From Phoronis australis (lineage: Eukaryota; Animalia; Phoronida), in assembly GCA_002633005.1 (NCBI GenBank), contig NMRA01000167.1:612460-676459 (forward strand): a stretch of 64,000 bases of DNA, written 5' to 3'. The notes under the pieces are model-generated. The model had not been told where the DNA came from. It was given only the letters and a program-made list of their open reading frames with translations, and did not search any database. This document shows positions 24,900-51,550 of this stretch, in pieces (positions within the stretch are counted from its first letter, which is position 1; every line of letters begins with the position of its first letter). Both the position numbers and the translations under genes were made by a program.

Positions 24900-27180
24900 A
24901 AACATTTTTTATAATGTTTATTACGAAATCTTCGATACAATGAATATACATAACCCAGAAAGCGCCAAGAGGCATTTTATCTGGGTTAAAAAAGTACAAA
25001 GAAATCCATATACAATCATTTTGCACCAATACATAAAAAAGAAGTCTGTATACAATTATTTTACACAAATACATAAATTAAAAAAACTGTTGTTAAGATT
25101 ACAATGACATATGATTACGAAAGTAAATAAATCATTTTCATACACATTTATACAATTCTATCCACTCACACAAAGAAATTTAATATTATAAAGAAATTTT
25201 GATACTATTTCGAATAAAACCTTATTTTCATTTGGGTTGAGTTCTTGATTTCCATATAGAAAAAAAATAATTTTATTGTACACTTGCGGAATTTCAGAAT
25301 ATTTTTTATAAATATTGGGGTATTTTCGAGTGTCTGGAAAAGCTGTACCCTCTGCTCCTTGCATACCTCACAAGCACAGGAAACATGAGCATTTGTCTGT
25401 GCGTCTCCACAGCAACACAGAGGCGAAAATTATTAAAATTATGTCTAAATTTCTCGTTGTTTAGGAATAGACCACATCTTGATCTGTAAAGGATTATTTC
25501 GTGGTTACGAGGAAGTTGGAACGATGTCAATGGGACTGGCAATTCTTAAGTAGTAGTATGCATTTTAAAGTTATTTTTTAGAGTGACGATTGAAGTGCCT
25601 TCTTTTATTTTGGATGGTAAGGAATTCCAGTTGTCAATACAAGTTAATATGGTAGATTTCCTGAAGGCTTGGCTGAGGGAAGATGGAATAAGGTGCATAT
25701 TACTTTGCCGCCGTCCTGGTCTCGTGTTAGGTCTGTTGTAGGAGTCAAAGAGGATTTTGTTTGAGTATTGTTTATGTTGGTTAAGACTTTGAATGTACAC
25801 ATGGACAAGTGGAGTTTACGACGGGTTGCTAGTTTGCTCTAGTTCAGACTGTTTAGAACCTTGATTGTGTTGGACCCTTTGTATGCTCCTGTTATGGTTA
25901 ATGCTGATTGGTATTGCCTGTAGTCTTTCTAACTGAAGAATTATGTCAACGTTTGCCGATTGGTAGATTATGTCACAGTAATCTAGATGTGGAGAACAAA
26001 AGACTTGAACAGAATTTCAAGATGCCTGGAGTTGAGATGACGAGAGACAATTCTAATTGGATTAATTAAATTTTGTACTTTGTGAACGAGTTCGCGACAG
26101 TGAGGAGTAAATGTAAGCTTGTGGTCTAGTAGCAAGCCAAGATGTTTGTGCATGAACTTATTGGGAATAACTTCCCCATTGAGTGATAATTCCAACATTG
26201 GATTTTTTTGGAATTTAGTATTATTAGACTTAAAAAATATAAGAGCGAGCAACACTTTTTTCAGGTTTAAATTTCATCTTCCATTTGCAAGACCAGTCAA
26301 AGGGTTTGTTTAGGTCAGTTTGCACTTGTGAGGAGTCATGGGGATTCTCCTTTGAGAATGGGTAGAAAATTGCAGTGTCATCTGCATACTAAGAATGTTT
26401 TAGAGTTTATTGTGCCTAGAAGATCATTGATGTACAATAAAAAGAGTAAGGGGCTAGTACGCTACCCTGTGGTACTCCAGCATTTACGAAACCTGGCGTT
26501 GATGAGCGTGATAAGACACCCCTCTATTCGGACTTTGTAAGTTCGACATTCCAGATATGATTTTAAAAGTGAGAAGAGAGTTCTGGAAAAACCGTAAGAT
26601 CGTAATTTATGTAGAAGCAGATCGGGTTAGCGCCATCAGTCAAAAGCTGACCGCAATGTCTAAGAATACGGATCTCACGTTGCATCTTTTAAACTGGAGG
26701 TGGATTTCGTGTACAAATTTCTGTAAGTTGGGACACAGTGCTGTTACCAGGTATGAATCCGAATTGGCGACGATATACAGCAGTGGCAGATCTACGATTT
26801 CAGTAAGGGGGGGGGGTTTAGGGGCCGAGGCGCGTAGCGCCGAGGAGAAGGAAGGTCGCGAGAGGGTTTCCCTCCTCCCGTGTAAGATTTTTTGGGATTT
26901 TTAGTAGGTAATTTCGTTTTTCTGGCGATTTTTTTTTCCAGTTTTTATTTTTGATCCTGTCCCGAGGGGGGGGGGAGTTAAACCCCCTGAACCCCCCCTG
27001 TAGATCCGCCTCTGTACAGTGTTGAGGTTTTGTGAAGAGGGTGGTCAAACATGTGTTGAGAAATTATTTTTTTCTAAAATTTTGGATAGGGTGTTAAGTA
27101 AAGTCTTGGGGCGATAGGCCTACTGTTTTGGAGTTCTTTTTGTGTATTGGTATTAAACATGATCAGCATTTTAGTGGCGA
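24900..27180 (-). mobile_element. Degenerate CR1/L2-type LINE related to the 15428-17992 element
   Basis: HKHLGLLLDHKLTF, LEILFKSFVL, QAFRKSTILTCIDNWNSLP, ILYRSRCGLF; many frameshifts; same 3' stem-loop. Confidence 0.85.
26781..27014. mobile_element. MITE with CAGWGGC-type TIRs and 5-bp TSD inserted in the LINE
   Basis: CAGTGGCAGATCTAC...GTAGATCCGCCTCTG; TACAG at 26776-26780 and 27015-27019. Confidence 0.8.
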
Positions 27181-27900
27181 GGAATTCAGAAATGCTATTG
27201 GTTTATGTTCAGATATGTTATAAATTTTGTTTTTAACAGCACGGCCCATGCAGCCAGGTTAATTAAGTATGAGCTAGAGCAATTATTTGAACCAAAGAGA
27301 GCTCAGTGGCCCTCTCGCAACCAAAAATCCCAGAAGTGTGTAAGATATTGGCTACAGGGGTCATCTTCCCAACTTGTTGTTGGGCTGTAGAATCGAACGT
27401 GTTAGGAGCAACGGGAAAACGCCGTAATGTTAGTCGATCGTCAGGTATACTCGGTATATGCACCCCGGGCCCGGCCGCGGGCCGGGCGCTGGCTTCCGGA
27501 TACCACAGAGCCACATAGTCCACTGAAATATTTGACGCCCGGGCGTTTATTTGTATTTGACTTTTGGTCCCTATGTCAATTTTCTGAATATGCATGCAAC
27601 CTCATGGCCTTAGTCTGACAGGTTAAGCCTAAACACTCAGTGGTACAGTAGAATGACTTTGTCTTTAGCCATCTTGTGACTCCGGCGGAGTTCGGCCTAT
27701 AATGGGTATGTGCGTCGCGCGTAACTGTTCACTGGCACTGAGTTCGTACGATTTGTATCATCTGACTATTTTATTTTTACATGGATCGGCCCCTGTAGTC
27801 GTGGGGGCCCTGGGCAAGTACCCCAGTGTGCCCTGCCCGGGTAAACACGGAACCGCCGACGCTGCTGAGACCCGGCGGCTCCTGCTGCGTCATCTTAAAA

Positions 27901-28096
27901 TGTAAACAAAAGGAGTCTCTGATGTTTGTTGTTAGTAACGCTGTTGGCCGCTTGTAGCGCTGTAACCGAAGCGGAGTCAACATTTGAAATCAATATTGTG
28001 TCTTGAGTCGTCTTTTACACACTGTTTATTATTAACGGTGTCGGACAGATTCGTCATGCTGCACCACCGACTCCTGCTGGTTCAAACTACGTAAGT
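27901..28096 (+). promoter_or_regulatory. Putative KIF24 promoter/non-coding first exon with Fox and X-box-like motifs
   Basis: TGTAAACA 27901-27908, GTTGTTAGTAAC 27928-27939, donor GTAAGT at 28091; next acceptor tttttacag at 29070-29071. Confidence 0.35.
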
Positions 28097-28288
28097 CCTT
28101 GTTGTTGTTACCTCTGTCATCACCAAAACACTTGTCAGAGTAAGAGGATTGAAACATCGTCTTCTGAAACCCAGTTCAGTGCTCAATGTCAAGGTGATAC
28201 GGTCGGTGGGCTTTGGGCGCCTACTTACCTCTAGTTTTACCACTGCATCACTGAGAATATTTCACCGTAAGCGATAAGCATAAAGTAT

Positions 28289-28381
28289 ATCAATGTGTCA
28301 ACATGAATGATTATTCAGTGTAGGACTTGCTCAATGGTTTACGATGCAAACCCTGGAGCAAATTCATGTTGACACATTGAT
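28289..28381. repeat. Perfect 20-bp inverted repeat (hairpin/MITE)
   Basis: ATCAATGTGTCAACATGAAT (28289-28308) / ATTCATGTTGACACATTGAT (28362-28381). Confidence 0.8.
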
Positions 28382-29104
28382 GCTTTCAGTTTCAAACTTT
28401 GAGGGCTCGCACAGTTATACATGTAGCTATTATGTTTTCAGAACCGTTCCACATGCATGCAGAACCGTTCTGCAACTGTCACATTGATTTTGAGTAATAA
28501 CTTATTGGTTCATTTTGAAATTGTATAGCAGCAAAAAATTACAGCTTCAGTGTACTCTTTAGCCTGTTTGCAAATTTAAATTATGTAAAATTACCATAAC
28601 TCATTTTTGCAATGTTCGTAAAGCTTCTATGGGTCCAATGTACATGAAAAATCCACAAAATATGCACAACATTCCGCATGTACCTAATATTACGCAACGA
28701 TTGTGTATATGCACTGGTTGTGGAATATTCCACAGAATTCCGTATATTCCACAAAATGTGCTTAATTTTCCACGTTCAGTGCGCAATATTCTGCAAGGCA
28801 AAAATTTAATTCCTGATGAAGAAAATACTAACTGAGAAAAATAAAAAGTAACACTGTAATTGTGCTTAGGGCATGATATACATTTGTTTCAATATTTTTA
28901 TGACCTAAAGTGGACATATATACGAAAGTGCGGAACCATTCTATCCACTTTGAAAGTAAATAAGAAAGTCTCGTTTAAAAAAATCGCAGTAATTGTCATG
29001 TAAAAGTTTCAGTGATTTGTTGAACTGGCCTTTCATCTTCCTGACAGCTGCATTATGATTATTTTTTACAGTAAAGAGGAAGGCATGAAACTAGGCTCTG
29101 GAAA

Positions 29105-43557
<14,453 letters not shown>

Positions 43558-46458
43558 AATGAGTTTTACTGAAAGAGGATCATGTGGAACGTTCATACGA
43601 AGTCATAACATATGCTGGTATTACGAAGTGACTAAACAACTCACCTGAGCTGTTCTGTTGGGAGAATCTGTTACACAGTTCCGGAAAACTCAAGCTGTTC
43701 TTGCTCTAACAGGTGGGGATACAGAAGTTGTCCAGACCACCCTTGTCTTCCAGTTTAGTAGTAGTGTTATGTTTGAATATTAAGTGTCTGTGTCCTTTAT
43801 CAGGCTTAGTGTTCTGGTCAGGCTAATACATCCATGTCATTGTCATTTGATTATTGTGATGTTGGTCAGCATAGTCGATTAACAAACAACACCTGAAATG
43901 CCCCCTTGCATTACGAGTTTTGTTGTAAAAAGTGACAAATTTTGAGCACTGGCAAAATGGCAACAACGTGACATATTACATAAATCATTCCATAAGCTGT
44001 GCTGGTGGTATAATACCCCCAATGCTGCATTACATTGAGGCTTCTTGTGAGAAAAGCACTCGCGCTCTTGTTCGCGAGATATGGCCATGAACGTCTGCTC
44101 AAACTTTGTTTACATTCGAGTGGCATGCATCAATGCAACACTTCCAAGATTTATTATGATCATGTGTCACACCTTGTTCCCTAATCTACAACAAGGAAAT
44201 GCTTCTCACCAGTAATTGAGATTACAATTAGGCACTTACCACTATCCCTGGTATTTTATGACAGGCTTCTTTTGTCTAGAGATTGGGGAACAAAGATGGG
44301 TGTCTGCCTTAGGTAAATATTGTTTTGACTGTTTGTTGGATTCTTCTCTCCTGCCCATTTTAGGTATTGGGCACTATAGAAGTACTTCCATCATTGTAAA
44401 TTGTGCTTGTAACTACTTATTACAAGTGCTATTTATTTGTTTATATGTCCCAAGGGTTGTTGTGTAGCCTGTCTGCATGAGGAAATGTGAAGGGGCCATA
44501 GATAAACTTCTTAAGAAATTAATAGGTGCTGATGAACTTGTGTATTTGTTTGTGTTTAGCTTTTGGATCAATCCCTCTTAAGGCTTACTGCGGATTTCCA
44601 AAAAAAGTTTCTATAGGTGCCTCTTTCGGAAACATTCAATGTACCAAAGTGCAATGACTGTGCAACCAAAGAGCCTCCATGGGGTTCGCTCTTTCAGAAA
44701 CTTTCATTGATTCCCACAGCACTGCCAGTACACCATTTATGTTGGAAAATACTAGTCTTAGTTAGTCAGCACTTTGAGGGCTGTACCAGAAATGTGATGG
44801 CACTTTTGTTCTGCTGAGTAATTACCTTGAAATATATTAATAGTTGTTTTAAAGATCCAATATTCAGAAAATTTACACCTAAACCATGTTTTCTTCATGG
44901 GATAGTAATGAGAAAGAATCTCCAAAAGAGACACTGGGGTGACTTTTTCGAATCTTGGTTTCCACCGATTAGGAGACCCCATGAGTGCTCATTTGGAAAT
45001 CCTTGGTGAGTTGGCCTATTCACTAGTTGTACAATTTGGAGGCTCTGCAAAAATGATTGTTGTGCATTGTTGTTTAATACACAATGTTTCGTTTTAGCAC
45101 GAATGTTAACAACCCAAACATGATTCAAGCATGGCTGTTCCAAACGTACCGAACCATTTGTAGTTTGAGCATAACTCTTCGTTTTCTAGCATGATGGCGA
45201 ATTCGTGTAAGTAGTGAATAGCCTATACATGTGAACTGTTGCAATCAGTTGTCTTATTTGGTGATTTCATGCGGGACTAGTTCATTTCCCACCACAACTA
45301 AGTAACTTTTTTATTTCATGTAAAATTGTATTGTTTACATACAATGCCATTTCGGTTATTGTCTTTTAAATGCTGAGTTTAAAACGATGGAAATTGACAA
45401 GAAACTGTAGGGTTTAAATGTTCAGGGGATATTTCTGTTGTGCCTCCAGTGAACTGCCACCCTCAGTACATACCATGCATTTTAAAAGTTCGTTTTGTAA
45501 TGCCACCAGGGCCTGGATCTGGGATAATCTTTTTCCTGGAAATCTAACATTTGTCCTCCTTCTATAGAAACAGGAGATAATTATCAATTTTTGTTTCCCT
45601 AAATGCATTATATATTATACAAACCACTGTGTAGAGCAAACTCGCTCCTGATCACCCCTAGATTCGAGGTTCAAACTCGAGTAAAAAGTTTAGACGCCGT
45701 CCCTGGTGGCGCAGTAAATTGACGAAGGCTTTACTTGAAGCATTTTTGTTCTGATCGACTTGAAAGTAGATGTTTTCAGTTTTGAAATTTTAAGTATATT
45801 TCATGTGAACAGGTGTCTAATGTGTCTTCAATTTAATTGTGGCACCTTTCGAAGTTCTGATCTCTTATGGGCTGGGTGCAGAACCGTGCTGAGCCTCTTG
45901 CGAGTTTGGCTACGTCACGCACGTGAGCCATCGTGTGTATGGTGTGTATGCGTGCTTGAATTTTTTGTGTGTGAGTGTCACTCAATAAATTTGCCTTTGA
46001 ATTTTAGCGGCAAACTAATACGTTTTTGTAAACGTAAACATGTTTCAAGAGTGCCGAAGTAATTGCACTGAAAGGCATTATTTCAGTTGCGCTTTGAGTG
46101 CCGTTTTGACGGTTAGGAGCCGTTCACAACTGACCTATCGCAAGCTACTCCCCCTTGCGAAAAGTCGACAAACATTCAATACATGTAAGTGTCACCCGAC
46201 AACATATTGTTTCCCGGGTAAAATGGCGACTTGGAAACGAAGATGTGTCAAGAATGCTGGGTCCAGATTCAGTGGTCAGTTAAACCATCACTCAAAATCC
46301 TTACGGTAGGTCAATTGCTGCCATTTGTCGGTTAAAAATATATATCGCCTATGTAGCCCACCTGTAGGTTGAATAGCAAAAATTGGCTAATGTGGTCGAT
46401 TTAATTGTCGGGCAATTAACGTCGCAATACAGCACCTACCGTCGCTCATGAAGACCTG

Positions 46459-46610
46459 GCGTGCGTTCAGTAGACGCTAGGACCTACGCTAGGACCTAGC
46501 TAAAACCTAGTCAAAGTCACCTGATCTTATTTACAGTGCACGGCAATATCTCACGTAATCTCGCGAAGTCTTGCTTTTTAGCGAGGTCCTAGCGTTACTG
46601 AACGGGAGGC
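46459..46610. mobile_element. Short MITE
   Basis: CGTTCAGTAGACGCTAGGACCT...AGGTCCTAGCGTTACTGAACG inverted ends. Confidence 0.65.
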
Positions 46611-48216
46611 TGTTTGGCTACCAGTTGTTTTATTTCACAGTGGTAATGCTCAGACGAACTTCAGCGCTGAAGTAGTTGGGGAGCGCCCAACTTACCGTGC
46701 GGACATGAGCGAAAAACCTCTACGTTTTAGGTGCTTACGCGTACATTTCTCTTACCAAAAACTGTCCGGCTAAGCATCTTGGCACCTCTTTGTCTACATG
46801 TGCAACTAGACCTAAATTGACCAACACGGAAAATGTCAACATTTCGTTCACTGTCGCGGGACGTATTGGAAAAATGTATGTTTCATGTGCTGGTGAAAGC
46901 GGCGATAATTCTGAACGCTTCTAATCCTTACACGTAGGCCTACGTAAATGTTGATTTTTCACTGGGCTCTTATACCCAAAAGGAGTGCTTGTGCAATGTT
47001 ATCATCTCGTGTGTCGTAATTATGGAGTGTTAACATCTTGTTGCTGAGATTAAATTTAAACGAATCAAAGAACGTACCTTGTCTATCCTACATGTACTTT
47101 CCCAGAATTTAAAAAGAAAACACGAGGTCACGGGAGCGTTAAACAAGGATCTTTTTAAAAGCATACTTGTACGTGTTCCTGGAATTTGCTGTACATGATA
47201 TATGTTTGGCCGCTTCCGGTCTCAAATTTTTATCCTCGTAAGTTGTCCCCCCGGCTCGGGTATTGTGTGTCGCTACTGCGCTGCCAGGATGTCTAGACTT
47301 CTTGATTTGCCCGAATCTGTGAGGCGGGACAATGGCCTATGTACATGTATAGTATCAAAACGCTTTTACAGACGGAAACGCAAAGTAAAGAATCACAACA
47401 ACAGTTACTGGAAGTCATATAAGGAATTTTACCTTTTTCCCTACACAGTCATGCTAGCATCGTGTATAGATTCAGTAAACAGCAGGCTGTCAACAACTGA
47501 ATAGAAAAAATTGACACTGATACACAATTTATCTCAGGTTCACGTGAAGACGACCATTTAATTAGTTTTTGTCTTGGACCCAGTAGTGGAAATTCTCCTG
47601 GAACTGCGACCGACCAACTCCAGCTGCGCATTTGATTATTTGCTCCGACAATCCCAAATCCGTAATATTTGGTCGAATTTGAAATTCTCTGCTCTTACGT
47701 AATCGTACTTTGAGTTGTCGATCAGAGTTTTGCGTAGATAAAAATGTCAAAGTGTCTGTCACTGATTAGAGCATGTGTCGTGTAGTAACCGTGGACGAAC
47801 CGTAAACTAGGCTTTAATGTTTAAAAAATACACTACAATACCAAAAAGTTTAGCACAATGCCCTAGAAAACATTAGGCCTATATCTGGGCGTAGACTATT
47901 GGACCGGTTCTTATCGAGTGTCTGTGGATAAACAAGCAACCTCCACGACCTTTCACAAGTATTTTTTCGGTTTGTTTTCAATAATATATATGCTCTCGGA
48001 GTTTGCAAAATGGCTCAACGTGCAATGCATGTGACACTACGTTTTGCCTCTTGCAGGTCAGTTCTTCAAAATGTATTCGCATGTATGACAAAACGTGCGT
48101 GATGTGTTTCCTGTTAGGCGATGCTGAGATAGTTTGCGTGCACGACATACATGTATTATGTCATTTTCCGAAGTGTAGTCATCAATGCACTTCCTGGACT
48201 ATGCAACATAATTGTG

Positions 48217-48570
48217 AGTAACGTCTTAGAACAGAAAAGACTCCTGCAGTAGCGTCTTGGAACAGCAGAATAGCCTCAGTAGCCCAGGCTCTTAGAACAG
48301 CAGAATAGACTGAATAGCGTCGCAGTATAGTGGTTATTCAGTCAAAATGGCTTCTGGAGAGGGAGAAATGTAGCAAGAACAGACTCTAGCGTCTTAGAAT
48401 AGAAGAATAGACAGAGTAGCGTCTTAGAATAGTAGAATAGTCTCTATATAGACAAAGTAGCAAGGCTAGCAAACAAGCCTTCAACCCATCCTTATTCGGT
48501 CAAAGTGACACTTGGAGAGGGAGTAGGAAATCAAGAATAGCAGAAAAGGCAAAATAGCGTCTTTGAATAG
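48217..48570. repeat. Degenerate ~30-bp minisatellite (AGTAGCGTCTTAGAAYAGYAGAATAGAC-like)
   Basis: Several imperfect copies, e.g. near 48217, 48248, 48387, 48416, 48555. Confidence 0.7.
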
Positions 48571-48572
48571 CA

Positions 48573-49041
48573 CTATAGATTGATTAGAACATGCAGTAGG
48601 AATCTCAGCTCCACCTAGTAGGCCTAAAGATTTCTCAAAGTGCTAACGTGTTAAAAAGCCTTATGCTGTTGCTATTCTGCCAAAATCGATCTATTCTAAG
48701 AAATATACAATCCTGCGCCGTGCTCGTTAAATTTCGTGTGGTTCGTTTCAAAAAGTCCTGTTTGTAATATACTATTACCAGGAAGAGATCTTCCTGATGT
48801 TACGGTACAGCGTCTTAGAAAAAATGGCTATAGATTGATTAGACTATAGGAATCTGAGCTCCACCTAGTGGTAAGATTTCTCAAGGTGCTAGCGTGTTGT
48901 CAAGTTGACCGGGCAAGCCTTGTGCTGTTGCTATTCTGCCAAAATCTATTCTAAGAAATTTAAAACGCTGTGCTCGTTAAATGTCGTGTGGTTCGTTTCA
49001 AAAAGTCATGTTCATGAATATTACCAAGAAAAGATCTTCCT
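48573..49041. repeat. Diverged tandem duplication (~255-bp period)
   Basis: 48573-48795 aligns with 48828-49041 (CTATAGATTGATTAGA...AGATCTTCCT). Confidence 0.85.
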
Positions 49042-49596
49042 AATTTTACATAGTCCTTGTATATTATCTAGCCACATAGAAAAAATTAGGTTGCTCCCCC
49101 CTCTAAGTACTCACAAGGATGAACGCTATGAGATCTGGCCCAACGACTTTAACACCTAGTTGACCCAGAATACCTGTGCTAATACGATAAGTATAAGCAC
49201 TGACCTTTGTCCCTATACACTCAAAGCGAAACCAATATCGTAAACCTGAATCTTGAACAAAACACCGACTGACTGAACGTGTTGTCGTGTACATGCACTA
49301 GGGGACAGATCAGTGATCAAGTCACTGTGGATGCATTCGGCAGTGGAAGCCACATTGCTCTAAGAACAAAACCGAAACTAATCAAGTGTATTGGAATTTA
49401 CTTGACAACGTGCTGGTTGGGATCCACATCGGGTAAGATTAAGCAGGCTTTAAATTGTTTCATGCTGATATAAGATCTTTGACAGCACAGAGTCCCTGAC
49501 ACTAATGACTACTTGTAGTCAAATAGATTCTGCGTAGCGGTCGATCAGTTCGTTGACCGAATAATTGTTTGTAACCCACAATCCTGGAGCCAGTCT

Positions 49597-49775
49597 GGCC
49601 CCGTCTTTATCTTTTTACTCGAAATGGAGCTCGAAAGTATGTGTGATATTATCTATTCTACTTTGGTGCGAACTCATGATAAGTGTCTATTGATCTATGC
49701 TCGAGTACATAATGGTTTAGGTGTATAATGTATTAGTCCAGGGTTTGCAGTTGATAAACCCAACATTGAGGCTAA
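49597..49775. mobile_element. Single arm of the foldback element family seen at 63616-64000
   Basis: TTTTACTCGAAATGGAGCTCGAAA...GATAAGTGTCTATT..CTATGCTCGAGTACA closely matches the reverse complement of 63840-64000. Confidence 0.75.
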
Positions 49776-51445
49776 AGGAGGCACTAAACAGTTCTCACAG
49801 CGGTTTGCCTATCAGAACACACGTCAATGGACTCTTCACCCTTTCTTCAGTCACTGTCAAAAACTGCATGCAAATAAAGAAAAGTTTTGAGTCATTTCAC
49901 ATCACAAGCCTTGCAGATGAGCACAGGCACTTTATTCTCTCTTGTTTTTTTGACCCTTTCACTCACTCCCAGTGGAAACCAACTCAAATTAAGAAAAATA
50001 AGGGCAAAAAAATGCAAAATCGGCACCTTTCACCCCAAAACCACCACTTCCCTGGCGATGCTCGACTAAAGCTAACATTAGATTCCGAAAGCAAATTTCC
50101 TACCGATTCCAAAGGAGTCCAAAAGTACTGTTAGCCAACTTTGCAACTCTGGCTTGTTTGAGGGCTACCTGAAATTGCGGCCAATTTTTCAGTTGCTACA
50201 CAGCGGCAATGCACAATTGCAACAGGGGGCAACCATCGTGAAGAAGAGTGCAGCTACAGCCGAGAAAGTGGCCTTTTTCATTCTCAGCATGTTCACAAAT
50301 GCAAACAAACCACATTCACTGAGCCTACATACAATGCCTTACCTACAAAATGCCCCCAAACTTGGCCAACCCAAAACCTTTCATATTTTGGAACTGCAAA
50401 TTGGCCGCGGCCGCAGCCTAACTGTTCAGTGCCACCAAAAGCTTGAGTGTTAACTCGAATTTGTACGAATTTAAGGGTCTTCAAGTGCGAACTAGGAACT
50501 CGTATGCATACGTAAACTAAAATGTTTTTGAGCACAGTCTAAAAATAGTAAGAGAGTGACTACAAAGCTATCTTCTGCCGTGTACAATGTACCTCCGATC
50601 GTCTCCATCATGCACTGAACCCTCCACTCCGCACAGTTTCGAAGACTTGGAAAAAATTCTCCACTGGAGACCCACGTGCCGATTCATGTGCAGTTCTATG
50701 GGTCTGCCTAAGCATATCGAATGACTTGTCTGTTGGAGGACTAAATTGGGCCTAGGAACCAGTAAGAGAGTGGTTCCTAGATTGGTCCGAACAGAGGTAA
50801 AGGGAGGCCTCCCTCGGTCGCCGGCAACAGGGAACTTCACATTGGGGCTTTCTAATTGAGTAATGAAAGATAATTACTACATTGTAGTTCATTAAGTTAA
50901 AGCCTACATTCAACAGTAACACCCGTAAATTTGGTTCCTACAGTTTGTTAAGAACATCGCTCTGAGCCCACTATTGCCATAAATTGCCAAATGTAACGAA
51001 CTGTTAGGCGTATTAGTTTGCTTTTGTCCATGTCACTGCTAGAATCACCTTTTAATTCAAACAGCTGCAAATAACACCCGCACGCCACGCAATGGTGAGG
51101 CCCCTATTCAATACAACCTTTTATTGTTTGTGCTAGGATGGTGACGCAACATGGCGCGAAAAGGCAGCTTCACTTATCATTCGACGGGCTCACATTTGCG
51201 TGATTGAACTCGCGTTTTTTTATTTTACTAAGGCTTTGCTAGGACTATTTGGTTAGCCTAATAAAATTCCGTTGAAGTTAGGCTTTAAAAGCAGAGGAAT
51301 AAATTGCAATGTTTCCATATCATTTGATTCATTTAAGTTCAGTATTTTAGCTCTTTGGCGACCGACCTGGATCGAAATTGTCACGCTTTATTATCCTAAG
51401 GTAATGACTTTGTCGGCGTTTACTTCATTGCTTCAGGACATGTAG

Positions 51446-51550
51446 CAGTGGCAGATTTAGGGGTGGGGCAAGGGGACCATGCCCCCCAAAATTCTCCCAT
51501 ATTCCATTTGACACTCCGCGGGTGCGACTGTCTGTCGGGCAAAATCCTGG
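51446..51550. mobile_element. Truncated copy of the 2104-2425 MITE family
   Basis: CAGTGGCAGATTTAGGGGTGGGG...CCATTTG..CGGGTGCGA...AAAATCCTGG; right TIR missing. Confidence 0.6.

Larger units (their letters stand above)
24641..27425. mobile_element. MITE with ACGGCGTTTTCCCG-type TIRs, split by a LINE
   Basis: Left arm 24641-~24800 and right arm ~27215-27425 match the uninterrupted copy at 53705-54240. Confidence 0.75.

Noticed and set aside
48217-48570. CRISPR-like array
   Set aside because: Eukaryotic context, degenerate units, no regular unique spacers, no cas genes
50568-50840. 90-aa minus-strand ORF with small hairpins
   Set aside because: No recognisable motif or splice context
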